A DNA stretch of 64,000 nt from an uncultured Dehalococcoidia bacterium (GCA_950072105.1 CATMOE010000004.1:69464-133463), one strand, 5' to 3'; shown: positions 1 through 9,429, numbered from the stretch's first letter. The notes: generated by a model from the letters alone, not told the origin. A program made the numbers and translations.

Positions 1-762
1 GGCGATACCCATCCGCAAACCCTCGGCCGGCATTGGGTGGAAGTCCTGGCCGAAGTCGGTGCTTACGATGCAGTTTTCCGTGCCGATGGCCATGATCGTG
101 TCCACCAGTTCTTGGGGGGCCAGGCGATAGGTTAACGGCATCATTACGTGCAGGCAATGCTCGATGTAAGCGCCCATCGAGGCCAGGGTTTTCATGTCTT
201 CCAAGGTCATCCCGGTCCAGAATGCCATGGTGGTGCCGTGCGTCACCACAACCCTGCCGATGCCCATGTTCCGGGCTTCCTCCACCAATACCATGCTTTC
301 CTTGGTGGAGATGTGTCCGGTGGCCAACACCATATCGTGCGCCTTGATCTGGTCTAGGATGGCGTATACTTCCGGGACCAGACCGCCGGCATCGTCCAGC
401 AAGTAAATACCGCCTTCCAGTCCTTTGTGCTGGCGGTCGGCCTGGGCCGAATAAGTTGGCATCCAGACAACGCGGCTGCCCATCTTGGCGCTGCTTTCGA
501 CTGCCGCGGCGTTCAGGCCCCCAACCTCGAAATCCAGGGCAATGCCGCCGATGAGCGTGATATCCGGCACGGCCTGACTGGCCGTGTAAGCGACCGGATG
601 GGTCGGATACTCGTGGCTTTTCAGCACCATGCCCCGCATTCCCATATCCCGAGCCTGTAGAGCCACATCGATGGCGCTCCCCCGACGTTCTACCCTGGCG
701 TCGGGAGCGCAGTGGACGTGGATATCTAATGCGCCTTCCAGTAATCGGTCAACGTTGCTCAA
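1..762 (-). CDS. DUF6282-family metal-dependent amidohydrolase-like protein (3' end outside window; absent from ORF track)
   Basis: Manual translation from TTG at 762 (RBS AAGAGGAG): MSNVDRLLEGALDIHVHCAPD...GMRGMVLKSH...STDFGQDFHPMPAEGLR. HxH metal motif; runs off the window edge. Confidence 0.75.
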   Translation of the reverse strand, partial: MSNVDRLLEGALDIHVHCAPDARVERRGSAIDVALQARDMGMRGMVLKSHEYPTHPVAYTASQAVPDITLIGGIALDFEVGGLNAAAVESSAKMGSRVVWMPTYSAQADRQHKGLEGGIYLLDDAGGLVPEVYAILDQIKAHDMVLATGHISTKESMVLVEEARNMGIGRVVVTHGTTMAFWTGMTLEDMKTLASMGAYIEHCLHVMMPLTYRLAPQELVDTIMAIGTENCIVSTDFGQDFHPMPAEGLRMGIA

Positions 763-1035
763 ATCAACTCCTCTTGTGCTTGCATCCCCTGATCAGTCAC
801 CCTCCGGACCACCGCGATTGCGGCTGACCGAGGGTCTCATCAGAGGAATTCATGACGATATAACAATTAGAGGCTACTTTACAACCAGCGGAGCCCAATC
901 CGCAATACAAAGGTGAATCCTGGCGCTGATCAGAGATGATCCCACTACTAGCGGCGTGCCCTGGTACCAGTCCAAGGCTTAGCAACCCGATGCGCGATCT
1001 GCGGGAGCACGCCGATGAGGAACTTGCGCCGTTCG

Positions 1036-1797
1036 TTACTCCAGGAGGCTCTGGTAGATCTCCTGGGTCTCTTGAGAGGGTTCGGTGCCGACTTCGGCAG
1101 CCAATATTTCCCGGCATTGATGGTAGACGTTGAGGGCCTCGGCCCGGTTGCCTGCCGCCGAGTAGGCCTGCATCAAAAGTTGGTAGCCGCGTTCCCGAAG
1201 GTTGTCCAGCTTTACCGCTTCAGTTCCGGTTTCCACGGCAACCATCGGCTCACCCACCAACCTTTGGCTTTCCGACAAGCAATCCAGTGCCCGCAGCAGT
1301 TGGCGGTGTAATTTTCCTCGCAACGAATCCACCCAGAAGCCCTCGATGCCCGGGAGAAAGGGCCTTCTGGCGATACACGCAGCCGCGCCAGCCGGGCCTA
1401 GAACCTGCTCTGGGCTGCCATTTCTCAAATGGGCCTCAGCTCTGTCGACGGCCGAGAAGCCTGCCTCTAGGTCGGTCCATACATCCGCCGGCAGATCCAA
1501 TTGGTATTGCCCCGAGCTGCGGAAAAAAGAGACTCCCTCTTTCTTCAACGGCTCGATGGAAACCATGCTCCGGATCCTGCTGGTAATGGCGCTCAATGCC
1601 CCTTCCCAGGCGGGGGACATCTCGTCGGGCCAGATGACGGTTGCCAGCTCTTCCTTTGGGACCGTCCTGGTCCGTTCGTGAACCAAATAGGCAAACGCCA
1701 GCCGGCCTTGCTTGCCCCTGATTTGGGTTTGATTGACCACAACCTGGCCGTTCGCTTCCATTCCAACCCGGCCTGTGAGATAAATTCTGACGCCCAC
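1036..1797 (-). CDS. SARP/AfsR-type transcriptional regulator (winged helix + BTAD domain)
   Basis: EELATVIWPDE, YQLDLPADVWTD, LRERGYQLLMQAYSAAGNRAEALNVY..C...L..EVGTEPS are typical BTAD motifs. Confidence 0.85.
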   Translation of the reverse strand: MGVRIYLTGRVGMEANGQVVVNQTQIRGKQGRLAFAYLVHERTRTVPKEELATVIWPDEMSPAWEGALSAITSRIRSMVSIEPLKKEGVSFFRSSGQYQLDLPADVWTDLEAGFSAVDRAEAHLRNGSPEQVLGPAGAAACIARRPFLPGIEGFWVDSLRGKLHRQLLRALDCLSESQRLVGEPMVAVETGTEAVKLDNLRERGYQLLMQAYSAAGNRAEALNVYHQCREILAAEVGTEPSQETQEIYQSLLE

Positions 1798-1876
1798 TAT
1801 CTGTCAAACTTCCGCCAAAGATTCGACATGATTCGGGCTGTATTATATACGCACCAAACTAGGAAGGAGGGACCTC

Positions 1877-2029
1877 ATGGCTAAGGCAGTCAATTGTCCT
1901 TGCGGAGAGACGATCAAAGCGGATACGGACGACGAATTGGTTCAACTGGTACAAGCTCATGGGAAAGAGGTGCACAATCAAGAGGTCAGCAGAGAAGACG
2001 CCCTGGCGATGGCTCAGCCGATAGAGTAA
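1877..2029 (+). CDS. Small DUF1059-like metal-binding protein (50 aa)
   Basis: Strong RBS AGGAGG, then MAKAVNCPCGETIKADTDDELVQLVQAHGKEVHNQEVSREDALAMAQPIE*. CxC...HxxxxH pattern; below the ORF-track size cutoff. Confidence 0.8.
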   Translation: MAKAVNCPCGETIKADTDDELVQLVQAHGKEVHNQEVSREDALAMAQPIE

Positions 2030-2091
2030 TTCCCCCCAACCTGCCGGTAATTCGGATCGCCGAATCAGACCGGTGGTAGCGGCGAGCTAGC

Positions 2092-2129
2092 GGCGGCGGG
2101 GATAGGGCGAAGATATCGTCCCCGCCGTC
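2092..2129. terminator. GC-rich hairpin between convergent genes
   Basis: ggcggcgggga ... tccccgccgtc 11-bp stem; no clear U-tract. Confidence 0.35.
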
Positions 2130-3045
2130 ACCCCACCGGCGGGTTGCGGCGGTACCAGTCGGCGATCTCCCCTCCCGTCGCGGCCCAAACGCCTTGCCGG
2201 CGAACCATGTGGCCCAAGGCTTCGTCCAGGACTCCGATGCGGAAGGGCTGGCCAATGAGCCAGGGATGCACATGCAACACCATCACCCGGCCGTTGGCGG
2301 CGCCGTCCTCGTACATGGCGTCGAAACCTTCCTTGAGCATCAGAGAATAACGGTCCATGTCTACCTTGCGGTCGGCCATGGCGTTAACGTCATCCAGTTC
2401 CAACATGATGGGCAGGGCCAAGATTTCGCCCTGGGGGACGTTAAGAGGGTAAGGTTGCTCGTCGTTTGCCCAATCGCAAACGTAAGATATACCGGCCTCG
2501 GCTAGAAGCTGGGGCGTCCGGGCCGACTCGCCGTACTCCGGTCCCAGCCAGCCTTGGGGAGCGGAGCCGGTGGCAGTGGTCAGGGCTTTTAGCGATTCGC
2601 TGATGTATTCCCGCTCTTGTTCCTGGGACATGCCGCTGTTGATCATGCGGCTAACGGAAACCCCGTGTCCGATAATTTCGCAACCCCACCCCAGCAAGTG
2701 GCGCACCAAATAAGGATAATTTTCGGCGGTCATAGCGTCCAAGGCGACGGTGGCTTTTATCCCGTGTCTTTTCAGCACGTCCAATACCCGGAAGATCCCG
2801 ACGCGGTGGCCGTACTCCCGGTGGGACAGGCGGGCATAGTCGGGAAATGGGCGGGCCACCGAGCCCCCGGCCAAGCTGCGAGATTGGAAGCTGCCCTCCG
2901 GCGTACTCCATTCCATGTGCTCCAGGTTGACGATGACGCAGAGAGCTACCCTAGCGTTATCCGGCCATCGGAGAACTCCACGAGTGGTGATGGGAGACCA
3001 ATCATAATGCGGGTGGTCCATCCCAAGTTGGCGCTGTGCGGGCAT
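2128..3045 (-). CDS. Polysaccharide deacetylase/PuuE (allantoinase-like) family protein
   Basis: RWPDNARVALCVIVNLE, REYGHRVGIFR, GHG, DDEQPY-like, HVHPWLIGQPFR. Start placed at ATG 3045 behind GGAGGAAAGGGG. Confidence 0.85.
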   Translation of the reverse strand: MPAQRQLGMDHPHYDWSPITTRGVLRWPDNARVALCVIVNLEHMEWSTPEGSFQSRSLAGGSVARPFPDYARLSHREYGHRVGIFRVLDVLKRHGIKATVALDAMTAENYPYLVRHLLGWGCEIIGHGVSVSRMINSGMSQEQEREYISESLKALTTATGSAPQGWLGPEYGESARTPQLLAEAGISYVCDWANDEQPYPLNVPQGEILALPIMLELDDVNAMADRKVDMDRYSLMLKEGFDAMYEDGAANGRVMVLHVHPWLIGQPFRIGVLDEALGHMVRRQGVWAATGGEIADWYRRNPPVG

Positions 3046-3067
3046 ACCCCTTTCCTCCATACCCCTG

Positions 3068-3141
3068 GCTGTCAGCCTTCAGCGGGAACCCGGGCAGGTC
3101 CTGTCCGGTCCCCTGACGGCTGACCGCTGATAGCTGATCGC
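3068..3141. repeat. Heptameric (CTGANNG) inverted tandem repeat element, copy 1
   Basis: gtcagccttcagc ... ctgacgg ctgaccg ctgatag ctgatcg; related copies at ~49551 and ~60242. Confidence 0.6.
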
Positions 3142-4050
3142 TTACGAAAGTTTTGCCGCGTGAGCCACGGCATCGTCGTAGTAATTTTCGATGTAATAGT
3201 CGGCTATGTCGTCCGCGGTGGTCTGCCACACCCCGTCGTGGGACATGATGTGGCTTAGAATGTCGTCCAGATACTTGATCCGATGCGGCTGGCCGATAAG
3301 AAAGGGATGCAGGGCGATGCACATGACCCGTCCGCTTTCGGCTCCTTCCTTGTACAGTTGGTCGAATTGGGCTTTGCAGATCCGGGCGAAATAGTCACCC
3401 TCGTAGTGGTTGTCCCGGAGCAGCGACGAGTCATTTAGCTCGATGGAATAAGGCACCGAGACAAGCTTTCCGGACTTCACTTTGATGGGGACCGGTTGGT
3501 CGTCATGCATCCAGTCGGTGTGGTAGATGAGACCCGCTTCGGCCATCAGGTCCGGGGTCCGTTCCGTGCCGGATATAGCTGGTCCCAGCATGCCTTTGAG
3601 CTGTTTACCCGTGTGCAGCTTCAGGGTATCGATGGTGTCCCGGTAGAACTCCCGCTCTTGCTCTTCGGTGTAGGTGTAAAGGTACCGGGTATTGTAGATA
3701 CCGTGGCTCATGTAGTCGTAGTCGCGTTGGACCATTGCATCGCGGATTTCCGGGAAATGTTCCAATACGGCCATGTTCAGAGAGACGCAGCACCGGATGT
3801 TGTACTTGTCCAAGGTCTCCAGCATCCGCCAGAACCCCACCCGGTTGCCGTAGTCCCGGTAAGAGTACTGCTGCACATCGGGAAAGGGAGTGCGAGGCCA
3901 GGGGGTGCGGGCCGAATCGTCGTCGGGCATGTATTCGTAATGCTCAACGTTGGGCGAGATCCACAGGGCAACCCGCGCGTCGTTGGGCCACTTGATGATG
4001 GGCCGGTCAATGATCGGGCTGTAGTCCACCCGGTTTGGTGGCAACGGCAT
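3142..4050 (-). CDS. Polysaccharide deacetylase/PuuE (allantoinase-like) family protein
   Basis: KWPNDARVALWISPNVE, YRDYGNRVGFWR, SHG, DDQP, ALHPFLIGQPHR. Confidence 0.88.
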   Translation of the reverse strand: MPLPPNRVDYSPIIDRPIIKWPNDARVALWISPNVEHYEYMPDDDSARTPWPRTPFPDVQQYSYRDYGNRVGFWRMLETLDKYNIRCCVSLNMAVLEHFPEIRDAMVQRDYDYMSHGIYNTRYLYTYTEEQEREFYRDTIDTLKLHTGKQLKGMLGPAISGTERTPDLMAEAGLIYHTDWMHDDQPVPIKVKSGKLVSVPYSIELNDSSLLRDNHYEGDYFARICKAQFDQLYKEGAESGRVMCIALHPFLIGQPHRIKYLDDILSHIMSHDGVWQTTADDIADYYIENYYDDAVAHAAKLS

Positions 4051-4096
4051 GGAGACTACCTCCTGGTTAGGTTTGCTTCTGGAATCGACTGAAGAG

Positions 4097-5524
4097 TTAA
4101 GCCGCCACCGCCGGCCAGTGTCCGCGGCTGGGGGAGACTGATTCGTAGCCTTGGGCTACGCGAAATAGCGTGCTTTCGTCGAAGGCGCGCCCGATGAATT
4201 GGATGCCTATGGGGAGGCCCGCCTGATTGAATCCGCAGGGAACGGTGATGGCCGGCAATCCGGTGGCATTCTCAGGGCTGGTGTTTCGGGAGATGACGCC
4301 GGAGCCCGGACCGCGCACCCGGTGTTCCTCGCCGCCCAGGGTGATGTACTTGGCGTCGATGCGGGGCGCCGCCACCGGCGCGGTGGGGGTTACCAGGAAG
4401 TCCACCTCCTGGAGCACCCGGGCGTGTTCTTCTTGGATGATCCGTTGCACCTTCAGGGCTTTGGAGTAGTCCCGCCCTAGGACGAACTGGCCGGCCAGGG
4501 TGCGGTAAAGGGTATCCGGCCCATAGTCTTCCCGCTTCGCCTGGATGTACGGCTCGTGGGTCACCACGCTGTCGGCCATGCCGGAGAAGCGCAACGCCCC
4601 GGAATACTCCATGTTGGGCAGGCTAACCTCTTTGATTTCCACCCCCAATTCTTGCAGGGCCTCGATGGCCAGACGGACCGCCGCCTCCACTTCGCTGTCC
4701 ACCAGGTCGAAGAAATAGTTGGTGGGAATGCCCATCTTCATTCCATGGAGGTTTCCCTCAAGGGCAGCGGAGTAGTCGGGCACTGGAACTGGCACGGTGC
4801 TGGGGTCTAAGGGGTCGTAACCGGCGAGGGCTTGCAGTACTAAGGCACTGTCGCTGACCGAGCGGGTCATGGGACCGATGTGGTCGCCATTGAAACTGGT
4901 TACCAGCAGTCCCCGTTGGCTCAACCGGCCGAAGGTCTGCTTGAGGCCGACCACACCGCAGAAGGTCCCCGGCAGACGGACCGAGCCTCCCAAGTCGGTG
5001 CCCAAAGACGCAAAGGTGACCCCCGACGCCACGTTAGCGCCTCCCCCACCGCTGGACCCTCCGGGAATGTGGTCCAGCGCCCAAGGATTGTGCACCGGCC
5101 CGTAGTGGGGATTGTTGGATGTCGCTCCGGCGGCAAACTCTTCCAGGTTTTCTTTACCCAGAATGATGGCGCCCGCTGCTTTGCAACGCCGCACAACTTC
5201 GGCGTCTTCTTCGGGAACGTTGTCTGAGAGCACTTTAGTCCCCACCGTGGTGCGGATGCCGCCGGTGGCGATGTTGTCCTTTATCCCGATGGGGATCCCT
5301 TGAAGCGGACCCAGGTATTCTCCCCTGGCCAAAGCCGCTTCCTGCTCTCTGGCCTGGTCCATCGCTTGGTCCCGGAGGATGGTGATGAATGAGTTCAATA
5401 CGGGCTGTAGCCGTTCTGCCTGGGCCAAGGCCGCCTCGGTAAGTTCCACCGGAGAGACTTCCCCGGACAGGATCTTGGGCGCCATATCCGAGATTGTTAG
5501 TTTGAGCAGGGCCAGATTAGCCAT
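4097..5524 (-). CDS. Amidase signature family enzyme (AtzE/GatA-like)
   Basis: IGIKDNI (catalytic Lys), PGGSSGG, LGTDLGGSVRLP (Ser-cisSer-Lys triad), GLPIGIQFIG. Confidence 0.9.
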   Translation of the reverse strand: MANLALLKLTISDMAPKILSGEVSPVELTEAALAQAERLQPVLNSFITILRDQAMDQAREQEAALARGEYLGPLQGIPIGIKDNIATGGIRTTVGTKVLSDNVPEEDAEVVRRCKAAGAIILGKENLEEFAAGATSNNPHYGPVHNPWALDHIPGGSSGGGGANVASGVTFASLGTDLGGSVRLPGTFCGVVGLKQTFGRLSQRGLLVTSFNGDHIGPMTRSVSDSALVLQALAGYDPLDPSTVPVPVPDYSAALEGNLHGMKMGIPTNYFFDLVDSEVEAAVRLAIEALQELGVEIKEVSLPNMEYSGALRFSGMADSVVTHEPYIQAKREDYGPDTLYRTLAGQFVLGRDYSKALKVQRIIQEEHARVLQEVDFLVTPTAPVAAPRIDAKYITLGGEEHRVRGPGSGVISRNTSPENATGLPAITVPCGFNQAGLPIGIQFIGRAFDESTLFRVAQGYESVSPSRGHWPAVAA

Positions 5525-5717
5525 CGGCGCCAGCTCCCTCGTCCGCTTTGATCAGGCGGCTGGACATTATGCACGAGAGGTCTAGGTCCCTCAGCTTTTC
5601 TAACTCAGCCAAGTAGCTGTCCAACTCGGGTGCGATAAGATCGAACTCGCCGTCGGAAAGCTCAAATCCGTGGTAGTCCCGGATCATTGCTTTCAGGGTC
5701 TCTTTGGAAATCGCCAT
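5517..5717 (-). CDS. Small amidase partner protein (AtzG/GatC-like, 66 aa)
   Basis: RBS GGAGGT; overlaps the amidase start; acidic and helical (GFELSDGEFDLIAPELDSYLAELEKLRDLDL). Confidence 0.6.
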   Translation of the reverse strand: MAISKETLKAMIRDYHGFELSDGEFDLIAPELDSYLAELEKLRDLDLSCIMSSRLIKADEGAGADG

Positions 5718-5971
5718 TGCCTTGACCTCCGGGCCGGGGATGGTTCAGGGCAGAGTGTAAACCAGGGTAATCTGGAAAGCAACGAACCCGTCCAAAGCAA
5801 CGTAGTCCAGGGAGGTGCCGGCACCCAAAACGCCTGGGGAAATCTCCGCCCAGACTACCATACTCACTCCCTATTTTGCTCAGGGGTACATCCCGTGGAT
5901 TCGGCAGGAGTCCAGAGTTAAACTGACCTGAAGACTGACGATGAATACTCTACTTTCTATCCGGGATTCCA

Positions 5972-6595
5972 GTGAAATTATCCAGACTTAAAAAACAAAT
6001 ATCGCTCGATCAAACCCCCAAGTTGGCGTCCGACCAACGAGGAATCACCGGGCTGGAAACCGCGATCGTGTTGATCGCTTTCGTGGTCGTTTCCTCCGTA
6101 TTTGCCTTCGCGGCGCTATCCACCGGCCTGTTCTCCAGCGACAAAGCCAAAGAGACCCATACCGCCGGGCTAGCCGAGTCTAGAGGCACTCTGGAGCTCA
6201 AAGGATCGGTGGTTGCCAAGGTGAGCGGAACCACCGGCGCGACCGGCGTGGTGACGAGCATCGAATTCCAGATATCCAACGCCGCCGCCGGTGAGGCAAT
6301 TGACATGACTCCGGGTAATACCATTATCAAGTACAGCGACAAGACTCAGACGGTGAATCTGAATTCCAGCACTGAGTTCAGCGCTAGCAACATCGCCGCC
6401 TTCGGGGACACGGACTCTCTGTTGGAGATTGGCGAACTCTTCCAAATCACGCTTTTGAATCTAACCTCAAACCTCGCCACCGACTTGGGTACAAATACCG
6501 ACTTTACCATAGAGATGATACCTTCCGGGGGAGCCGTATTATTCATAGGACGGAGAACACCGGTGTCTTTGGAAGCGAGTAACCGCCTCGACTAG
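5972..6595 (+). CDS. Archaellin (archaeal-type flagellin, ArlB/FlaB-like)
   Basis: Class III signal peptide QRG|ITGLETAIVLIAFVVVSSVFAFAAL; C-terminal DSLLEIGELFQITL...FTIEMIPSGGAVLFIGRRTP typical of archaellins. Confidence 0.85.
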   Translation: MKLSRLKKQISLDQTPKLASDQRGITGLETAIVLIAFVVVSSVFAFAALSTGLFSSDKAKETHTAGLAESRGTLELKGSVVAKVSGTTGATGVVTSIEFQISNAAAGEAIDMTPGNTIIKYSDKTQTVNLNSSTEFSASNIAAFGDTDSLLEIGELFQITLLNLTSNLATDLGTNTDFTIEMIPSGGAVLFIGRRTPVSLEASNRLD

Positions 6596-6606
6596 ACCTT
6601 ATTGCA

Positions 6607-6640
6607 AGGTTTCAGACCCACGAAGGTTCCAGACCCACGA
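6607..6640. repeat. Tandem 17-bp direct repeat (2 copies)
   Basis: aggtttcagacccacga / aggttccagacccacga. Confidence 0.7.
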
Positions 6641-6769
6641 TCGAACCAAGCCCCATGCCGCTCCCGCATTTTAATTTCGGTGCGCTGGTAGTATTATGGT
6701 AAGAGAACCACCGGGCTAGGCACAGCAGATCTCAGGCCGCCGGGGGACGGCCGGTCCAGAGGCAAAAAC

Positions 6770-8605
6770 TTGAGGAACCTGGCGAATTTCCTGGTTCATC
6801 TCTTCGGGCGCGAAGGCGAACGGGACCGTATAAACCTCTCCACGGTCCACGACCGATGCTTGCTCTGCGAACAGCAGATCAGCGATTCCACGACCTACCT
6901 AACCTACCGGGTATGCCCTTATTGCCGGTTCCACTACACCCTTTCCGCTCGGGAACGGATCGAGCTTCTGGCGGATAAAGGGACCTTCAAAGAGTCCCAA
7001 AGATACCTCAGTTCTGTTGCGCCTCTGTCATTTTCCGGAAAGGCAACCTACCGGGAAATGATATCCCGTGACCAGGACCGCACCGGGTTGACCGAAGCCG
7101 CGGTAACCGGCCGATGCCGGATCGACGGCATAGATGTGATGTTGGTGGTGCTGGACTTTGGGTTCATGGGTGGCAGTATGGGCAGCGTGGTGGGGGAGAA
7201 GGTGGCCACGGCCTTGGAGACGGCGGCCCGGCGAGACCTTCCGATGGTCGCCTTGGTCACCGGCGGCGGCGCCCGGGTACAAGAAGGCGTTCTGTCTTTG
7301 ATGCAGATGGCCAAGACGGTGACCGCGGCGAACCGCCTGCGGGAAAAGCAAGTGCCCTTCATCGTGGTGCTGGCCAACCCGTCTACCGGTCAGGCCTACG
7401 CCAGCTTCGCCAACCTAGGCGACATAATCATCGCCGAACCGGGCTCGTTGATCGGTTTGTCGCCCCTTCGGACTCTGCGGGAAGTGTCTAAGACACCCCT
7501 GCCCCTAGACGCCCATACCGCCGAGGCTCACCTGGGTCACGGTCTGCTTGATAACGTAGTCGATCGTGAGGCTTTGCAACCCCGGTTGTCCATACTCCTC
7601 CAGATCCTCACCGCCAAGAAGCACAGCAATGGGAATCTCAAGGAGCTGCTCAAAACGGAGATTGAGACTCCGGAAGACGCGGAGCCGTGGGAGGCGGTCA
7701 CCATTGCCCGGGACGCCGAAAGGCCGTTGTCCTTGAACTACATGAGAGCGATACTGGATCCTTTCATCGAGCTTCACGGCGACCGGTTAAATAGTGACGA
7801 CCGGTCGATCGTTGGTGGACTGGGATTTCTCTGCGGCGAGCCGGTGGCTATCATCGGGCAGCAAAGGCGTTCCCCGGTCGATGGAGAGCGCTACCACGTA
7901 TATCCTGACGGCCTGCGCAAGGCGCAGCGCATGATTGAATTGTCGGCCCGGTTCAAGTTGCCTCTGGTGGCGTTGGTGGATACTCAAGGCGCCGACCCTG
8001 GCTTGGAGGCGGAGGAGCAAGGCATTGGCAACGCTATCGCCAAGACGCTGTCGATGATGGCCGATGCTCCTACCCCCATCGTCTCAGTAATAATCGGTGA
8101 GGGCGGCAGCGAAGGCGCGCTGGCATTGGGACTTTCCGACCGCACTTTGATGCAACAATTCGCGATCTATTCGCCGATAACGTTGAACCATAACTTGGGA
8201 GGCTCCTATCCCGACCATAAGTTGGACCGGGAAGCCGCCGAGGCTCTGATGCTGACTGCCCGGGATTGCGTGGAATTGGGCATCGTGGACCGGATCGTGC
8301 CAGAACCCCCTAACGGGTCCCACACCAATCCCAAGGAAGCGGCAGCAGCTTTACAAGTTTCGGTGCTAAAGGAACTGGCCGGGTTGTCCAAACTATCTGA
8401 GGGTAAGCTTCGCAAACAACGTTATCGCAAGTTTCGGCGCATGGGAGAGCGGAGCACCTATTCTCATGAAGCGGTGATCCGTGAAGTGGAGTTGCTGCGG
8501 GGAATATCCTCCGGGGAACGGGAGGACGGCAAAAACGGCCGCGTCCAAAAGAAAAGGACCCTGGAAGACGAGTCTTCCCATGGTCCAGTTTCCTCTGACG
8601 ACTAG
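6770..8605 (+). CDS. accDA: Fused acetyl-CoA carboxylase carboxyltransferase beta+alpha (AccD-AccA), divergent
   Basis: N-terminal C4 zinc finger (CLLC..CPYC), DFGFMGGSMGSVVGEK, GGARVQEG..SLMQMAK; C-terminal half FIELHGDR, GLRKAQR, DTQGA..G..AEEQG. Confidence 0.85.
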   Translation: MRNLANFLVHLFGREGERDRINLSTVHDRCLLCEQQISDSTTYLTYRVCPYCRFHYTLSARERIELLADKGTFKESQRYLSSVAPLSFSGKATYREMISRDQDRTGLTEAAVTGRCRIDGIDVMLVVLDFGFMGGSMGSVVGEKVATALETAARRDLPMVALVTGGGARVQEGVLSLMQMAKTVTAANRLREKQVPFIVVLANPSTGQAYASFANLGDIIIAEPGSLIGLSPLRTLREVSKTPLPLDAHTAEAHLGHGLLDNVVDREALQPRLSILLQILTAKKHSNGNLKELLKTEIETPEDAEPWEAVTIARDAERPLSLNYMRAILDPFIELHGDRLNSDDRSIVGGLGFLCGEPVAIIGQQRRSPVDGERYHVYPDGLRKAQRMIELSARFKLPLVALVDTQGADPGLEAEEQGIGNAIAKTLSMMADAPTPIVSVIIGEGGSEGALALGLSDRTLMQQFAIYSPITLNHNLGGSYPDHKLDREAAEALMLTARDCVELGIVDRIVPEPPNGSHTNPKEAAAALQVSVLKELAGLSKLSEGKLRKQRYRKFRRMGERSTYSHEAVIREVELLRGISSGEREDGKNGRVQKKRTLEDESSHGPVSSDD

Positions 8606-8619
8606 AAACCTGCTGGCTG

Positions 8620-9429
8620 TTAGGAGGCTTCCCGTCCGAACTCATGCAGGCTATTCTTGACGCGTTTGACCAAGTGAGCGTATTCCTCGCCCACCGAATC
8701 GTCCATCAAAGAAGTGGGCTTTGTTGTGTCTTGGTAAGAGGACCGCAACGCCAGGGTCCCAAGGAATGGTGTGTCTACCTCGGCCGCCAACTTCTCGCCT
8801 CCTCCCTGCCCGAATACTTCCCCGGTGTAGTTCTCCACTATTCCCAGCACGTTAAGGTTGAGTTTCCGAATCATGTTGATACAACGCCTGGCGTCGATAT
8901 TCGCCAGTTGCTGGGGGGTGCTTACAACCACGAATCCATCCATGGGCAAAGTCTGCATGACGGTCAATGGGGAGTCGGAAGTCCCCGGAGGAAGGTCGAC
9001 CACCAGGTAGTCCAAGTCTCCCCACTCGGTGGTTTGTAAAAACTGGCTGATGGCGTTGTGAATCATGGGACCGCGCCAGATGATCGCTTCTTCCTCGTTT
9101 TCTTGAAAGAAGGCCATTGAAACGACTCGGACGCCCCATTTTTCCGATGGGTGAATCTGGCCGTCCACGTAATCGGGTTTGTCTTCAATGCCCAGGACTT
9201 TGGTGACATTGGGACAGTCTATGTCCACATCCAGCAGCCCGACACTGTTTCCTTGTTGGGCGAGAGTGACCGCCAGATTGACGGCTACGGTGGTCTTTCC
9301 TACTCCGCCTTTGCCGCTGTAGACGCCAATCTTGGTTTTGATCTTGGATAGGCGATCGGTGATCTGGCGTTTCTGTTCCCAGCTGCGTTTGATCTGCTCC
9401 AGCCGGGCGTTTTCCTGGGGCGTTGGCAT
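8620..9429 (-). CDS. Mrp/NBP35 (ApbC) family P-loop ATPase
   Basis: SGKGGVGKTT, AIIWRGPM, WGDLDYLVVDLPPGTSD, LGIVEN. Confidence 0.9.
   Translation of the reverse strand: MPTPQENARLEQIKRSWEQKRQITDRLSKIKTKIGVYSGKGGVGKTTVAVNLAVTLAQQGNSVGLLDVDIDCPNVTKVLGIEDKPDYVDGQIHPSEKWGVRVVSMAFFQENEEEAIIWRGPMIHNAISQFLQTTEWGDLDYLVVDLPPGTSDSPLTVMQTLPMDGFVVVSTPQQLANIDARRCINMIRKLNLNVLGIVENYTGEVFGQGGGEKLAAEVDTPFLGTLALRSSYQDTTKPTSLMDDSVGEEYAHLVKRVKNSLHEFGREAS

Noticed and set aside
2092..2130. TGA plus hairpin at the end of the deacetylase as a Sec codon/SECIS
   Set aside because: The TGA falls at the natural C-terminus, matching where the paralog ends, and not at a catalytic Cys position.
4097..5717. Calling the small ORF + amidase gatC-gatA
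   Set aside because: No gatB is adjacent, and the neighbours point to a catabolic amidase.
6607..6640. 17-bp tandem repeat as iteron or mini-CRISPR
   Set aside because: Only two abutting copies with no spacer and no rep gene.
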